Shown here: positions 63,375 through 64,000 of the stretch, in pieces
Position numbering within the stretch: the first letter of the stretch is position 1
How the letters are laid out: every line of letters begins with the position of its first letter
DNA from: Candidatus Bathyarchaeota archaeon
Lineage (GTDB): Archaea; Thermoproteota; Bathyarchaeia; Bathyarchaeales; Bathycorpusculaceae
DNA length: 64,000 nt
Assembly: GCA_963806535.1 (NCBI GenBank)
Contig: CAWDYC010000005.1
Location: 96,001 to 160,000 of the forward strand
Direction of reading: 5' to 3'
Notes under the pieces: generated by a model
What the model saw: only the letters and a program-made list of their open reading frames with translations
Database searches by the model: none
Told to the model about the DNA's origin: nothing
Translations under genes and position numbers: made by a program

Positions 63375-63743
63375 CTAAATTATTTTTTTGAAGGCTAAAC
63401 CTGAAAAGAAAGCAACACTTTTATCTCTGTTCTTCACGGTTACATTGTATAGACCCATGGTTTTTCCATCCGAAACTCGTGTTGCCTCAGCCGTCAATAG
63501 ATCTCCTTCAACAGAGGGCTTAAGAAAATTTATGCTCACCTGAACTGCAACCGCTACGTTATCGCCAAAGTTGCATGCATGCGCAAAAGCGTAATCCGCC
63601 AACGAGAAGATTGCGCCTCCATGCGTGAAGCCCAACGCATTTGTATGTTTCTTCTCAACTTTCATTGATACTTTGGCATAGCCGTCTTTTGCTTCGAGAA
63701 CTTTGATGCCTAATGCTTCGGCGAAATAGTCTGTTCCTTTCAT
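63375..63743 (-). CDS. paaI: PaaI-family (hotdog) thioesterase
   Basis: Motif HTNALGFTHGGAIFSLADYAFAHACN. Confidence 0.88.
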   Translation of the reverse strand: MKGTDYFAEALGIKVLEAKDGYAKVSMKVEKKHTNALGFTHGGAIFSLADYAFAHACNFGDNVAVAVQVSINFLKPSVEGDLLTAEATRVSDGKTMGLYNVTVKNRDKSVAFFSGLAFKKII

Positions 63744-64000
63744 TTTGTTTTAGCTCCTTTAGGTTTCTCCTCTGATAATAGGTAATTGTAGAATTTGCGG
63801 AACAGCGATGTTAATCCTTTTGGAGAGAAAATAACGATTACTAGTAGGATTACTCCTATGATTAGGTATGTTAATGGGGGTCCAACGTAGCCGACTTTGG
63901 GGAAGAGTGGTCCAATGTGGTGCTTAAGGATTGGGTGACGCTTTGGGTGGTTAATATTTGTCCGATGGATGTGAGGAAAATTGCGCCGATGATTGGTCCG
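63740..64000 (-). CDS. 3' end of a branched-chain amino acid ABC permease (LivM-like), truncated by the window edge
   Basis: Manual translation GPIIGAIFLT...YLIIGVILVIVIFSPKGLTSLF...*; stop overlaps the paaI ATG; one apparent frameshift. Confidence 0.65.
   Translation of the reverse strand, partial: RTNHRRNFPHIHRTNINHPKRHPILKHHIGPLFPKVGYVGPPLTYLIIGVILLVIVIFSPKGLTSLFRKFYNYLLSEEKPKGAKTK

Overview
Archaeal chromosomal window, most likely Bathyarchaeia. This is inferred from the rnp4-yhbY-rps19e-PDCD5-rpl39e-rpl31e-eif6-rplX-pfdA-ftsY gene order, the VPEF-tailed surface proteins and an F420 reductase. Layout: 1-10.7 kb surface-glycan locus (flippase, dTDP-rhamnose genes with an in-frame rfbB-rfbD fusion); 11.6-17.2 kb translation superoperon; 17-41 kb accessory region (PNGase-like transglutaminase, orphan terminase pair, membrane-linked wHTH modules, and an HTH gene followed by an array of membrane proteins sharing an N-terminal RIRGWLPKEP motif); 41-51 kb trehalose/glycogen cluster (treT, treZ, GH57, treY, malQ); 53.6-63.3 kb small gene blocks separated by at least six exact or degenerate copies of the 3' end of tRNA-Cys (63216-63291), with no integrase visible. 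The most unusual signals are the tRNA-Cys-anchored cassette array, the RIRGWLPKEP array with an orphan regulator 3' fragment, and a dispersed non-coding element made of four 10-bp-phased repeats with a variable core plus a conserved AC-rich tail. Many unrelated genes carry apparent single-base frameshifts, probably assembly errors. All calls come from reading the sequence and recalled motifs; no searches were run.
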